The notes under the pieces were generated by a model. It saw only the letters and a program-made list of their open reading frames with translations. It ran no database searches and was not told where the DNA came from. Both the position numbers and the translations under genes were made by a program. From Candidatus Latescibacterota bacterium (GTDB lineage: Bacteria > Latescibacterota > UBA2968), in contig OZ242010.1 in NCBI GenBank assembly GCA_965204745.1, forward strand, positions 224,001-288,000: a stretch of 64,000 nt of DNA, written 5' to 3'. Shown piece after piece: positions 41,703 through 52,231 of this stretch. The stretch's first letter is position 1; the number at the start of each line of letters is the position of its first letter.

Positions 41703-41738
41703 AAAAAGGCCCTTCTGTTTTTGCAGAAGGGCCTTTTT
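41703..41738. terminator. bidirectional intrinsic terminator
   Basis: AAAAAGGCCCTTCTG/CAGAAGGGCCTTTTT. Confidence 0.9.
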
Positions 41739-42687
41739 ATATGCGCAGCAAATCGAGCATGTTTTGCATATCCTCGGGCGGCGGTGATTCAAATGTCAGT
41801 TCTCGTTTTGTGACGGGATGGACAAATGTCAACTGGGTCGCGTGGAGCATCTGGCGATTTGTTTGCGCGAGCAAGTGGGTTGCTCGTCGGCGAAACAGGG
41901 GGGCGATGCCATGCAACCGCTCCTCGCGCCCGCCGTATAATGGATCGCCAAACACCGGGCGATTGAGACGCGCCAGATGCACCCTGATCTGATGCGTGCG
42001 CCCGGTCTCTAGCGCGACGGACAGCAGGGAAAGAAAATCGCGACGCGCCCTGACGCGCCAGCGAGTCGCGGCAAATCGCCCAGCAGGCGAAACAGCCATT
42101 CGCTTGCGATGGTTGGGATGGCGTGCTATCGGGGCTTCCACGCGCCCCTCATCAACATCAAACCCGCCCCAAATCAGCGCGAGATAATGCCGCGCCATCG
42201 CGCGGGCCGCCAACTGCGCCGCCAACCCGCGATGCCCTTCATCGCTCTTGGCGACGACCATCAGCCCAGAGGTGTCTTTGTCCAGCCGATGCACGATCCC
42301 CGGTCGCAAAACTCCATTGATGCCCGACAACTGCGTGCAGTGCGCCAACAGCGCGTTGACGAGCGTGCCAGAAGTCACCCTCCCGGCTGGATGTGTGATC
42401 ATACCCGCGGGCTTGTCGAGCACCAGCAGATGGTCATCCTCAAAAAAAATACTTAGGGGAATAGCCTCGGGATCGATGGCACTTTTGGTCGGCGGTGGCA
42501 CATGGAGGGTAACGCTATCTCCTGCCATCACGCGATAGCTCGACCGCGTCGGCGCGCCATTGACGCAAATCGCGCCCTCGGCGATCAGCTTTTGAATGCG
42601 CGAGCGGGAAAGCGCGGGGCACTGATCGGCCAAATAGCGGTCCAGGCGCGCGCCTTCATGGGTCGGTGGAATTTGGAGATGTGTCAC
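41737..42687 (-). CDS. rluD: RluA-family pseudouridine synthase
   Basis: S4 domain, HRLDKDTSG, TGRTHQIRVH. Confidence 0.9.
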   Translation of the reverse strand: MTHLQIPPTHEGARLDRYLADQCPALSRSRIQKLIAEGAICVNGAPTRSSYRVMAGDSVTLHVPPPTKSAIDPEAIPLSIFFEDDHLLVLDKPAGMITHPAGRVTSGTLVNALLAHCTQLSGINGVLRPGIVHRLDKDTSGLMVVAKSDEGHRGLAAQLAARAMARHYLALIWGGFDVDEGRVEAPIARHPNHRKRMAVSPAGRFAATRWRVRARRDFLSLLSVALETGRTHQIRVHLARLNRPVFGDPLYGGREERLHGIAPLFRRRATHLLAQTNRQMLHATQLTFVHPVTKRELTFESPPPEDMQNMLDLLRI

Positions 42688-43144
42688 GGTTCTTGCGGGA
42701 GGTGGGCGCGATGCCCAAAATGAAAATTAAGAGGATCGTGCCCACGCTGACGCAGGCATCCGCGAGGTTAAACACCCACCAGCGCGTAGAGCCGATGCCA
42801 AAATCGAGAAAGTCGATCACCACGCCGAAGCGCACGCGGTCGATGATATTGCCTATCGCGCCGCCGAGCACCAGCGACAACCCAATGGCGATGCGCCGGT
42901 CTTCATGCGCGATACGCCACATGAACCCGCCAATCGCGATCAGCGCGACAAATGCCAGGGCCAGATGCAGAGACGGGTTGCCCAGTCGAATGCCGAAAAC
43001 CGCGCCCGGATTGTGAATATAGGTCAGTCGAAAAAAATCCCCCAACACCGAGACGGATTCGCCCAGGGCCAGGGTTTTCAACACCCACCACTTGGTCAGT
43101 TGATCCAGCACCACGGCAACGCCTGTAATCCACAAAAATTTCAT
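42656..43144 (-). CDS. lspA: lipoprotein signal peptidase
   Basis: DQLTK, NPGAVFG, GNIIDR, VIDFLD, FNLAD. Confidence 0.95.
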   Translation of the reverse strand: MKFLWITGVAVVLDQLTKWWVLKTLALGESVSVLGDFFRLTYIHNPGAVFGIRLGNPSLHLALAFVALIAIGGFMWRIAHEDRRIAIGLSLVLGGAIGNIIDRVRFGVVIDFLDFGIGSTRWWVFNLADACVSVGTILLIFILGIAPTSRKNRDTSPNSTDP

Positions 43145-43515
43145 TTCGTCGTCTCGTTTTCGCGCTCTTTGCACGGCACGCAAATTTTCGTGGTCGGCAC
43201 GGCCTCTAATCGCGGTCTGGGAATGGGGGATTTACACACGCGACACACGCCAAACGTGCGGTTTTCAATGCGCGCCAATGCAGCGTCAATCTGCTCGAGA
43301 TAAGCCCCGTCGCGCGACGCGAATAAAAACGCCTTTTCGCGCTCCATCGTCGCGCTGCCCAAATCGGGCATGTGATCCGAATACGTCAGATCGCCCGACG
43401 ATGCTGCTGCGGTGACTTTCATGGACTGGCTTTGCAACGTGCCCAAGTCCTGCAAAATCGCGGCGCGTTTGTCCTCTAAGAGATGTTTGAAATACGCCAA
43501 GTCTCGCTTTGTCAT
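43141..43515 (-). CDS. dksA: DksA/TraR C4 zinc-finger protein
   Basis: ALARI..FGVCRVC...RLEAVP...CVPC. Confidence 0.8.
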   Translation of the reverse strand: MTKRDLAYFKHLLEDKRAAILQDLGTLQSQSMKVTAAASSGDLTYSDHMPDLGSATMEREKAFLFASRDGAYLEQIDAALARIENRTFGVCRVCKSPIPRPRLEAVPTTKICVPCKERENETTK

Positions 43516-43516
43516 C

Positions 43517-43981
43517 TCATTCCTTTCCGCTCGCTATCTTCCAAATTAGACGTGCGTTTTCCCGGATGAGCGCGCGTTGTTCCGGCCAAAAAAACTCGGG
43601 CACTGGATCCAGCGGCGCCCAGGCCATGCTCACATGGTGTTTTGCGTCTGTTGGCACGGCTTCGATCTGATCCGTGACGTAGAGAAAATAATGCGTCACC
43701 TTCCACTCTTTCTTCTCAAAATCCAGCCGCTCTTTGACCCCGAGTTTTCCCACGAGTCGCAATTTCGACACGCCCACTTCTTCTTCGACCTCGCGTCTGG
43801 CAGCGCGCTCGAAGTCCTCGCCCGCCTCGACATGGCCTTTGGGCAACACGTAATCGTCAAACCCGCGCTCGCGTGCCAAGGCCAACCATACCCGTTCCCC
43901 ATCCCACCGCACGACCACACCGCCTGCGGCGTGGGTTTCGGGCAGTCCTTTGGGGCGGATGTACCAGGTGTTGTCTATCAT
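43517..43981 (-). CDS. NUDIX hydrolase
   Basis: PKGHVEAGEDFERAARREVEEEVG Nudix box. Confidence 0.9.
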   Translation of the reverse strand: MIDNTWYIRPKGLPETHAAGGVVVRWDGERVWLALARERGFDDYVLPKGHVEAGEDFERAARREVEEEVGVSKLRLVGKLGVKERLDFEKKEWKVTHYFLYVTDQIEAVPTDAKHHVSMAWAPLDPVPEFFWPEQRALIRENARLIWKIASGKE

Positions 43982-44045
43982 GGGTCAGTTGTCAGTTGTC
44001 GGTTGTCGGTTGTCAGTCCACCCCGCCCATGCCCCAAATGGCCCT

Positions 44046-44927
44046 TTATTTCCAATACTTCCCGTACAAAACATTCAGCCGTTCTTTTGCCGCTTGGGAA
44101 ATCGCGTCTGGCGCAGTGATGATTGCGAATTGCGCGGCATTGTGGCAAGCGCAAGCCGAGGTTTTGGGCAGGCGCTCGGTCAAGGCGCGGACGATGTGAT
44201 TGGCGCGGGCCGCATTGGCTTGGAGCACCGCGACCACGCTTTCTACGGATACGTCCTCCTCTGCCTCGTGCCAGCAATCGTAATCCGTGCCCATGGCCAA
44301 GAGCGCGTAACACATCTCGGCTTCTCGGGCGAGTTTGGCTTCGGGCAATGCCGTCATGCCGATCACGGTCGCATCGACTTCTCGACGGTAAAAATGGGAT
44401 TCGGCGCGCGTGGAAAACTGCGGGCCTTCCATGCAAACGTACGTTCCCCCTGCGTGCGTTGTGACGCCGACATCTTTGGTAGCGGCCAGCAAGACATGGC
44501 GCAGGTCATCGCAAAAGGGATCGGCAAAAGCCACATGTGCGGCGATGCCGTCGCCGAAAAACGTGCTCGGCCGGGCGCCGCGCGTGCGGTCGAAAATTTG
44601 GTCGGGCAACACCATATCCCCCGGTTGAATCGCCTCGCGCATGATGCCCACCGCGCTGATCGCCAACAGGTGGGTTATGCCCAGTTGCTTCATCGCATGC
44701 ACATTGGCGCGATAGGGCACTTCCGAGGGCAACAGCACATGCCCGCGCCCGTGCCGAGGCAAGAAGTACACGGGGCGATCCGCGATGCGCGTTTCCACAA
44801 TCGCGTCCGAGGGGTCGCCAAACGGCGTGTCCAAGCGGTGTTCCGCCACGAGTTCCACGCCGTCCATGCGATAAACGCCCGACCCACCAATCACGCCCAA
44901 CCGCACGATTTGTTCACCCATCTTCAT
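44046..44927 (-). CDS. mtnP: S-methyl-5'-thioadenosine phosphorylase
   Basis: GVIGGSG, PRHG, EGPQFSTRAES, TDYDCW. Confidence 0.92.
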   Translation of the reverse strand: MKMGEQIVRLGVIGGSGVYRMDGVELVAEHRLDTPFGDPSDAIVETRIADRPVYFLPRHGRGHVLLPSEVPYRANVHAMKQLGITHLLAISAVGIMREAIQPGDMVLPDQIFDRTRGARPSTFFGDGIAAHVAFADPFCDDLRHVLLAATKDVGVTTHAGGTYVCMEGPQFSTRAESHFYRREVDATVIGMTALPEAKLAREAEMCYALLAMGTDYDCWHEAEEDVSVESVVAVLQANAARANHIVRALTERLPKTSACACHNAAQFAIITAPDAISQAAKERLNVLYGKYWK

Positions 44928-45126
44928 CGGCCTTGAGAAGTCGTTTTCAATTTTTGAACCGTTCCTTCAAATCGAAAAAAATCGGCAATTATCGTATCGC
45001 ATCATGCGAAAGCAAACGACACTTGCACGCCGGTTGAATAGACGCTTCACTTCGACTATCCATTTCCCGATTTCATATACAGCGATCTGTTTCAAGCCCC
45101 GGTTACGCGCTCCGCTCGTTGTTAGG

Positions 45127-45657
45127 CTACGCCTGTGGGGGGGCGGGATCTCGTTCGCCTCGTTCTTCGCCTTCGGTTTCCGGAATGTCTTCTTGCACCA
45201 CATCGACGGTCGTGGCTTTGAACTGCGTCAGGAAATCCGCCTGAACCTGCACCAAAGATTGGAGTTTGGACGCGAACATGTCGCGCTGATTTTCCAGGGC
45301 CACGACCTCTGCCCGAATCGCATGCACATGCGTGCGCGCTTTTTCAATGGCCCGGTTGCCGCGGATCTCGGCTTCTTTCACGATCAACCGCGCTTCTTTG
45401 TGCCCGTTTTCTTTGACTTCTTCGGCGGTTTGTTGGGCCGTCCTGAGCATTTCCTGAAGGGTATTCTCCATCGCCCGATACCGGTCCACCTCTGATTGCA
45501 GGGTTTTTATGCGTTCTTTTTGTTGGATATTCTCGAGGTTGAGTTGCTCAAATTCTTCGGTGAGCATGTCGAGAAAGGTCTGCACCTCTTCCCGATCATA
45601 CCCGCGCAGCGACTTCTTGAAAACCTTTGTGCGAATGTCCAGCGGTGAGATGTTCAC
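45127..45657 (-). CDS. divIVA: DivIVA family protein
   Basis: ISPLDIRTKVFKKSLRGYDREEV + coiled coil. Confidence 0.9.
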   Translation of the reverse strand: MNISPLDIRTKVFKKSLRGYDREEVQTFLDMLTEEFEQLNLENIQQKERIKTLQSEVDRYRAMENTLQEMLRTAQQTAEEVKENGHKEARLIVKEAEIRGNRAIEKARTHVHAIRAEVVALENQRDMFASKLQSLVQVQADFLTQFKATTVDVVQEDIPETEGEERGERDPAPPQA

Positions 45658-45672
45658 GAGTTTCCTCCGAAG

Positions 45673-46266
45673 CTATGGGTACAACCCGAATACGCTTTGA
45701 ATCGCGCTTCGTACAAATTGCAGGAGCAAGATGAGCAAGATGGGCGACAAGTCGAACATGCCCAAGGGCGGGACGAGTTGCCGAAAAGGGCCCATCACCG
45801 GCTCGGTCAAGTTGTACAGCGTCCACATAAACCTGCCCCCGCGCACAAAGGGCAACCACGAAAACACGATGCGCGCAATGATTAAGACCAACAAAACCGC
45901 AACGGCCCCATAGAGCGACCATCCGATGATCTGCAACAAGTTGCCAGCCGCGACCCCGGTCAACAAGCCCACGAGCGCGGTCAACACGTCATTTGTCACC
46001 CACTTGAAAAAAAACGCCCCGATCAATGTCGCAATCAGCAAAATCAGCGGTGCTGCCGCGGCATTGTCGGGGAGGTGTTGGGCGATGGGCCACACGAGCG
46101 GGTCCGTTGCGCGGCGCACGTAATACGCGACCCATCCAAAGGGGTTGACGCGCAACAACACGGCGCGCAACAACAGCAATACCACTGTGCCGATCACCAA
46201 TGCAATGAGCAGCCAGTCAATGGCCTGCTGGATGAAAACGACCGCCTGAACGACCACATCGACCAT
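45673..46266 (-). CDS. yggT: YggT family membrane protein
   Basis: LTEPVMGPFR..PPLGMFDLSP. Confidence 0.9.
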   Translation of the reverse strand: MVDVVVQAVVFIQQAIDWLLIALVIGTVVLLLLRAVLLRVNPFGWVAYYVRRATDPLVWPIAQHLPDNAAAAPLILLIATLIGAFFFKWVTNDVLTALVGLLTGVAAGNLLQIIGWSLYGAVAVLLVLIIARIVFSWLPFVRGGRFMWTLYNLTEPVMGPFRQLVPPLGMFDLSPILLILLLQFVRSAIQSVFGLYP

Positions 46267-46269
46267 AAC

Positions 46270-46947
46270 CTATCCCACCCGCTGACCAAAAATTGCCGCG
46301 CCCACGCGCACCATTGTCGCGCCTTCTTCTATCGCCACTTCAAAATCGCCGGTCATGCCCATCGACAACGCCGATACATGGGGCAGGTGACGGGCGATGC
46401 GATCCCCGATTTCGCGCAACGCGACAAAATTGGATCGCACGGCTTTGGGATCGGGCGTGCCAATCGTCATCAGCCCTGCCACGTCGATGCCCGCCAATTC
46501 ATCGACTCGCCCGACCAAGTCTATCGCCTCGCAGGGCGACGCGCCGAATTTGGACGCCTCGCCCGAGGTGTTGACCTGCACCAACACGCGCACCGCGGTA
46601 TTTTGCCGCACGGCTTGTCGGCTGAGCTCATTTGCCAAGCGCAGGGTATCGACCGAGTGGATCAGGTCGAATAAGGGCAGGGCAATTTTGACTTTGTTGC
46701 GCTGCAAGTGCCCGACCAAGTGCCATGACACGGGGCCTGTCACTGCGTTGACCTTGTGCTGTGCCTCTTGCACGCGGCTCTCGCCCAAAACCCATGCCCC
46801 TGCATCTACGGCGTGCTGCACCACATCCGCGGGCCAGGTTTTCGTGACCGCGATCAATGTCACCGCATCTGCTACCCGCCCAGACCGCTGTGCTGCTTTG
46901 GCGATGCGGTCTTGCACGCGCTTGAGGTTTTCAGAGATGGCCCGCAT
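46270..46947 (-). CDS. yggS: PLP homeostasis protein
   Basis: AVTKT, GHLQRNK, LSMGMTGD, VRVG. Confidence 0.92.
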   Translation of the reverse strand: MRAISENLKRVQDRIAKAAQRSGRVADAVTLIAVTKTWPADVVQHAVDAGAWVLGESRVQEAQHKVNAVTGPVSWHLVGHLQRNKVKIALPLFDLIHSVDTLRLANELSRQAVRQNTAVRVLVQVNTSGEASKFGASPCEAIDLVGRVDELAGIDVAGLMTIGTPDPKAVRSNFVALREIGDRIARHLPHVSALSMGMTGDFEVAIEEGATMVRVGAAIFGQRVG

Positions 46948-47178
46948 GCATTTCAGCCTCGAGAATGGTAAAAAATAGCGTTTGTAATTTAGGCAAAAAT
47001 CAATGGCAGGGCAACAAAAACGGCATTGCACACGAGACAACCCGCACGCAACGCCGCCTTCACGAGGTATCAAAAAATCATTGACCCAATATGGTCATAT
47101 CCGCATGGTAAGGGACAAGAGGCGCAGTTGTCAGTTGTCAGCCGCTTTTATCTTTCTGATTTATCACTGGAGTTCCAA

Positions 47179-48009
47179 ATGCCAACACCTAATTCCCCCC
47201 AACGCCCTGAAATTTTGCCCAACGTGAAACACATCGTCGCGGTTGCCAGTGGCAAGGGCGGCGTGGGAAAGACGACGGTGAGCGTCAACCTCGCGGTCTC
47301 GCTCGCCAAACAAGGCGCGGCCGTGGGCCTGCTCGACGCGGATATCTACGGCCCCAACGTGCCCTTGATGATGGGCGCGATGGCGCAGCCCAAATCGCGG
47401 GGACAAAAAATTCTGCCCATTGAAAACCACCAGGTCAAATTCATGTCCCTCGGCCTGATTGCGGGCGAAAATGCCCCTATTATATGGCGCGGGCCTATCG
47501 TGGGCAGAATGATTCAGCAATTCATGATCGACGTGGTATGGGCCGCGCTCGACTATCTCATCGTGGATTTGCCCCCCGGCACGGGCGACGCGCCCCTCAC
47601 CCTCGTCCAAACCGTGCCCGTTGGCGGCGCGGTCATTGTCACCACGCCACAGAGTGTCGCGTTGGAAGATGTCTATCGCAGCATCGCGATGTTTCGCAAA
47701 GTGGAGGTGCCCGTTCTCGGCGTCGTGGAAAACATGAGTTATTTCCAATGCCCGTGTTGCGGGGACCTTGCGCCCCTGTTCGGCGAAGGCGGGGGGCAAC
47801 ACATCGCCGAGGCGTTTGGCCTGCCCCTGCTCGGTCAAATTCCCATTCAGCCCGATATTTGCGAACGCGGCGACGCGGGCCTGCCCATCGCCCTCGATGA
47901 CAACCCCAACGCGCACCCCATCAGCACCAGCTTTGCCGAGATCGCCACGCGCGTTGCCGAGGCATTGGGAGAACGCAAAAGCAATTTGCCGGAAATTACG
48001 ATTGTTTGA
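47179..48009 (+). CDS. mrp: Mrp/NBP35 Fe-S cluster carrier ATPase
   Basis: SGKGGVGKT, DADIYGP, DLPPGTGD, ENMS..CPCC. Confidence 0.92.
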   Translation: MPTPNSPQRPEILPNVKHIVAVASGKGGVGKTTVSVNLAVSLAKQGAAVGLLDADIYGPNVPLMMGAMAQPKSRGQKILPIENHQVKFMSLGLIAGENAPIIWRGPIVGRMIQQFMIDVVWAALDYLIVDLPPGTGDAPLTLVQTVPVGGAVIVTTPQSVALEDVYRSIAMFRKVEVPVLGVVENMSYFQCPCCGDLAPLFGEGGGQHIAEAFGLPLLGQIPIQPDICERGDAGLPIALDDNPNAHPISTSFAEIATRVAEALGERKSNLPEITIV

Positions 48010-48403
48010 AGAGCGCGGTCTGTGACCTGTGACCCCGCCCAACTCCCTTCGGTAAGACGTAAGACGGGAGAGGGGAGGCAACCCCGCCACAGCCTACCCC
48101 TTCGGCAAGAGGGGAGACGTAAGACGTAAGATGTAGGGGCGATGCCCCGTGCTCGCCCGAAGATACAAGAGGGGAGAAGACAACTGCGCTATTCCGATCA
48201 AGGGATCAAGTAGGGTCAGCCTCCATCTCCAAGCCCCGTAGGGATGGCTCTTGTGCCTGTCCTCGTACCCAGCGATGAGGGCGACCACCCAGCGGTCGAT
48301 AGCCAATCTTTGGGGCAGGGCTTGCAGAACGGGCAAAAATGCGTTACATTCAAAGGCAAGCGTCCAATGCCTGTCGTAACTTTAAACCAAAAGGAGAAGC
48401 ACG

Positions 48404-49078
48404 ATGATTGCGAATCTCGCTAGGGAAAAAGACAACTTTCGCATGGCGGTGTTCTGCGAGCCATCCGTGGGTGTGGTGAACGACAAGGGCGAGACGGGCC
48501 TGCACATTACAGCGCGTCTGAACCTGCCCGCACTGACCGAAGACCTGTTGGCGCAGGGGGCCAATGTCAACGTGCAGGCCCAATGGGGCATCACACCGTT
48601 GCACGTTGCGGCGGGGTACAACGCGCTTGAAACGACACAGGTCTTGCTGAACTACGGGGCAGATGTCCGTGCCAACGCGGAATTTCAGGGAACGCCGCTA
48701 CATGTTGCGGGAAAAAAAAATGCTTGTGAGATAGTTGCGTTGTTGTTGAAACGCGGTGTCCCTGTCCATGCGACAGCCAACGATGGCAAGACGCCGCTAC
48801 ACTATGCGGCGTGGCACAACGCGCTTAAGACAGCAAAATTGTTGTTAAATCAAGGTGCCGATGTCAACGTGAAAGACATAGCTGGCATGACGCCCCTGCA
48901 CTATGCGGCGGCGGTCAATGCTCATGAGATGGAAGCGTTATTGCTTCAAAAGGGGGCTGATGTCAACGCGGATGACAAGTTTGGAAATACACCCCTGCAT
49001 TTTGAGAGTCTGTTGGGGTCTGCCACGATCAAAATGACCACAGATGAAATCATGGCATTGACTCGGGGGGAAAAATGA
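48404..49078 (+). CDS. ankyrin-repeat protein with antitoxin-like C-terminal tail
   Basis: About 5 GxTPLH..A repeats; tail FESLLGSATIKMTTDEIMALTRGEK. Confidence 0.85.
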   Translation: MIANLAREKDNFRMAVFCEPSVGVVNDKGETGLHITARLNLPALTEDLLAQGANVNVQAQWGITPLHVAAGYNALETTQVLLNYGADVRANAEFQGTPLHVAGKKNACEIVALLLKRGVPVHATANDGKTPLHYAAWHNALKTAKLLLNQGADVNVKDIAGMTPLHYAAAVNAHEMEALLLQKGADVNADDKFGNTPLHFESLLGSATIKMTTDEIMALTRGEK

Positions 49079-49488
49079 ATGGTCTGCTGGTCGATTCCAA
49101 TGTCATTTTAGATGTCGCTAAAAACGATCCCGATTGGGCGACTTGGTCTTTACGAATGCTTGAACGATACCACGCGACTCACGAGTTGATCATCAATCCG
49201 ATCATTTATGCAGAAGTGTCAATCGGGTATGAAAATATTGAAGAAGTAGAGCGCGTGCTCAAAGAAGGTGGCTTTCACATGCGCCAAATTCCAAAGGAAG
49301 CCCTTTTTTTCGCTGGCAAGATTTTTTTGGCGTATCGCAAGCGCGGTGGAATAAAATGTTCGCCATTACCCGATTTCTTTATCGGCGCGCACGCCGCCGT
49401 TGAAAAATTATCTCTGTTGACGCGAGATGCAAGCTACAAAACAAATTTCCCGACAGTGAATCTCATTTCACCTAAAGAGTCATGCTGA
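49075..49488 (+). CDS. vapC: PIN-domain (VapC-like) toxin
   Basis: LVDSNVILD, YAEVS, PDFFIGAHA, LLTRD. Confidence 0.85.
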   Translation: MNGLLVDSNVILDVAKNDPDWATWSLRMLERYHATHELIINPIIYAEVSIGYENIEEVERVLKEGGFHMRQIPKEALFFAGKIFLAYRKRGGIKCSPLPDFFIGAHAAVEKLSLLTRDASYKTNFPTVNLISPKESC

Positions 49489-49549
49489 AGTCATTTGCTT
49501 TGGAGGCATAGAAATGGCAGACTTAATAACTGTGTCGGTTGATATGTTT

Positions 49550-49628
49550 AGCATCATCAAAAGGGCGGCCGAACAATCTCCGTACGGGGTTTAGAAGCCC
49601 CGACCTTTCAAGGCGGGGAGTGTATCAC
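49550..49628 (+). mobile_element. IS200/IS605-family right-end remnant
   Basis: TAGAAGCCCCGACCTTTCAAGGCGGGGAG hairpin followed by terminal TCAC; left boundary approximate. Confidence 0.55.
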
Positions 49629-49773
49629 AGCCGAAATACGGCGCGTTATTGATTATCCGCATATAGTTGATTCATTAAAAAATGTCGAAATTTGAAAAGG
49701 CTTCGCGGCAGTTGATAGACACATTCAAAACAGGCAAGGTCACCGGTTATCAGTGTCAAAGGGCGAGATACAA

Positions 49774-50100
49774 ATGAGCGAAATCACATTGCATATTCCG
49801 GACGCGCTGACGGGGTTGCCCAAACGGGAACAGGCCATTCTCATGGGCCGTGCGCTGAGAAGTGCTGTTGAGGAGCGCGTGATTCAGGTCGAGGAGGAAA
49901 TCAGGGAGGGGCAGGCTTATTTGGAACAGTACAAAAAGAAGTACGGCCTTTCGTTTGTAGCTTACGAAAAAAAAATCAATGACTTGGAATTTGTAGGAGT
50001 CGATTATCAAGAGGATTACAACGACTGGTATTTCTGGACTGAGTGCGTGCAACGCGCCCAAGGTGTTTTAATAAATTTACGCCAATTTTTGTCGCCGTAA
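49774..50100 (+). CDS. hypothetical antitoxin-like protein
   Basis: KKYGLSF..Y...DYNDW pattern; no intact partner downstream. Confidence 0.5.
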   Translation: MSEITLHIPDALTGLPKREQAILMGRALRSAVEERVIQVEEEIREGQAYLEQYKKKYGLSFVAYEKKINDLEFVGVDYQEDYNDWYFWTECVQRAQGVLINLRQFLSP

Positions 50101-50186
50101 TGAATCTCAATATCCCAAATCAATATCGAGGAGAGGATGGGGCGGAAGATGGGGCATCGTGAACCAGCAACTCGAGGAGACACGCC

Positions 50187-51359
50187 ATGAGCGCGACTTA
50201 TGACATGCTCGTCGCACGGGCAACGGCTATTACTACCGGGCTTTCTCCGGAACGCGCACAGGAGAAACTCCACGCCAATGGCACGTTGCTCATTGACGTG
50301 CGCGAGCGCGAACACTACATCGAAGGGTATATCCCCGGCGCGGAAAACGTGCCGCGTGGGTTTCTCGAACTTCGCATCGAAGGCATGGACAACGACCGTG
50401 ACCGCACGATTGTCGTCTATGGCGACAAGGGCCAAGGCGCGTTGGCCGCACAGGCATTGCAAGGCATGGGCTATGCCAATGTCGCGTACATCCAAGGCGA
50501 CATCGAGGCGTGGCAAAACGCCGGTTTGCACCTCCACCGCGACCGCGCGCTCAACAAGGCCGAAGTGCAACGGTTCTCCCGCCATCTGCTCATTCCCGAA
50601 GTGGGGGAACGCGGGCAGGGCAAATTGCTCGACGCGCGCGTGTTGCTCATCGGCGCGGGCGGATTGGGCAGCCCGACGGGCCTGTATCTGGCCGCGACGG
50701 GCATTGGGACGCTCGGCATTGTCGATGCCGACGTGGTCGACGTTACCAACTTGCAACGCCAGATCTTGCACGGCACGTCTGACCTGGGCCGCCTCAAAGC
50801 CATCTCGGCGTACGAGACCCTCAAAGAGATCAACCCCGGTTGCCAAGTGGTGCCGCACACGGACTACCTCACGTCCGACAACGTCATGGACATTCTTCCG
50901 GAATACGACATTATCGTCAATGGATGCGACAACTTCCCAACGCGGTATCTGGTCAACGACGCGTGCGTGTTCCTGAAAAAGCCCATCGTGGATGGCAGCA
51001 TTTTCCGATTCGAGGGCCAAGTCACGGTCTATACGTGCGACAGCGAGGGGCCGTGCTACCGATGCCTGTACCCCGCGCCGCCGCCGGCAGATTTGGCGCC
51101 GTCGTGAGACGAAGCAGGCGTGTTGGGCGTTTTGCCCGGCACGGTTGGCCTCGTGCAGGCCACTGAAGTCGTCAAACTCATTCTCGGTCAGGGCAACCCG
51201 CTCATCGGTCGCTTGCTGATGTACGATGCCCTGCAAATGAACTTCAACACGTTCAAAATCCGCCGCGACCCGACCTGCCCAGTCTGCGGAGACAATCCCA
51301 CGATCACGGAATTGATAGATTATCAAGCCTTCTGCTCGATGGATCACGGTGAGAAATGA
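50187..51359 (+). CDS. moeB: rhodanese-MoeB/ThiF adenylyltransferase, probable selenoprotein (UGA at 51105-51107)
   Basis: GAGGLG, NLQRQ, CYRC, PS*DEAGVLGVLPG continuing in frame to CPVC; SECIS-like hairpin. Confidence 0.85.
51119..51143 (+). promoter_or_regulatory. putative bacterial SECIS element
   Basis: 10-bp stem CGUGUUGGGC/GCCCGGCACG, loop GUUUU, starting 11 nt after UGA. Confidence 0.7.
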
Positions 51360-51383
51360 AAAAAGTAGTCAGTTGTCAGTTGT

Positions 51384-52231
51384 CAATGCGAATTGAGAGT
51401 AGAAAGCGAGTAAGAAGCAAGCCGCAACCCATCATCCAAAGACATGAACGAGGTTCTGTTGACATTTTGTTTTTGAGCGATGAGCGTGACCTCAAAATAG
51501 AGAAAGCCTCGATTCTCACCTCGCCACCCTGCCGCCCGTGCGTTCCTCGCCGCTCTACCCAACCGCCCGTGCGGCCTCACCGCGCCACCCAACCGTGTCT
51601 GAATCGCGGATTAAACGGATTAGAGGATTGCGCGGATTACCCCACACCGCCCTACCGCCATAGCCCTATCCCCCCGGCCCCCGTTATTCGCTTCGCTCAT
51701 TGTAGGCTACGCCTGTGCCTACAAGGAAAGGGGGAGCACATGGCTTTCTTAAAGGTTTGCATCCAGGGCTGTTTTTGATGGCTTTGCGCGAATGGATCAC
51801 GCCATGAAAATCCAAAAAACCTATCGCACAATCCCTCGCAAAACCGCTCACAGTTCCCCCTTCCTCGCAGGGACAGGACCCTGTGCCTGTCCTTCTCGCT
51901 TGACTGACCACCGATCCCATCGTCATTTTACCACTTGACAAATAATAGCGTAATTTTTAATTTCTTATCCATTCGCTATTTCGATTTTGAGCGCGGAGAA
52001 AAAGCCGCGTCTAATTTGTGCGACAACTTTTGCAAAGGAGGCTCCAGATGATTACCACCATTTTCAGCCGCTGTTTGAACCTCATTTGGCACTATGTTCA
52101 CTCCGCGAAAAGTGGCGTTCATATCGCCCATTCTCGTCTTGGCGTGTGGTTCTATTTCATTGCAAATCAGTCTGTTAGGATGATCAGTACAGTGTACCCC
52201 CCCCCCCCCCCCCCTCGGGAGGAGCGACAAA
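51384..52231. repeat. inverted homologue of 19185-20167 (upstream region of giant gene), including promoter 51935-51963 and C18 at 52197-52214
   Basis: Block-by-block reverse-complement similarity. Confidence 0.9.

Noticed and set aside
50016-51347. Long antisense ORFs (also 9209-10381, 22680-23786, 61366-62310)
   Set aside because: Shadows of well-supported genes on the opposite strand in GC-rich DNA
50187-51359. moeB nonsense pseudogene
   Set aside because: Stop is UGA exactly at a conserved Cys with a SECIS-like hairpin and intact downstream frame
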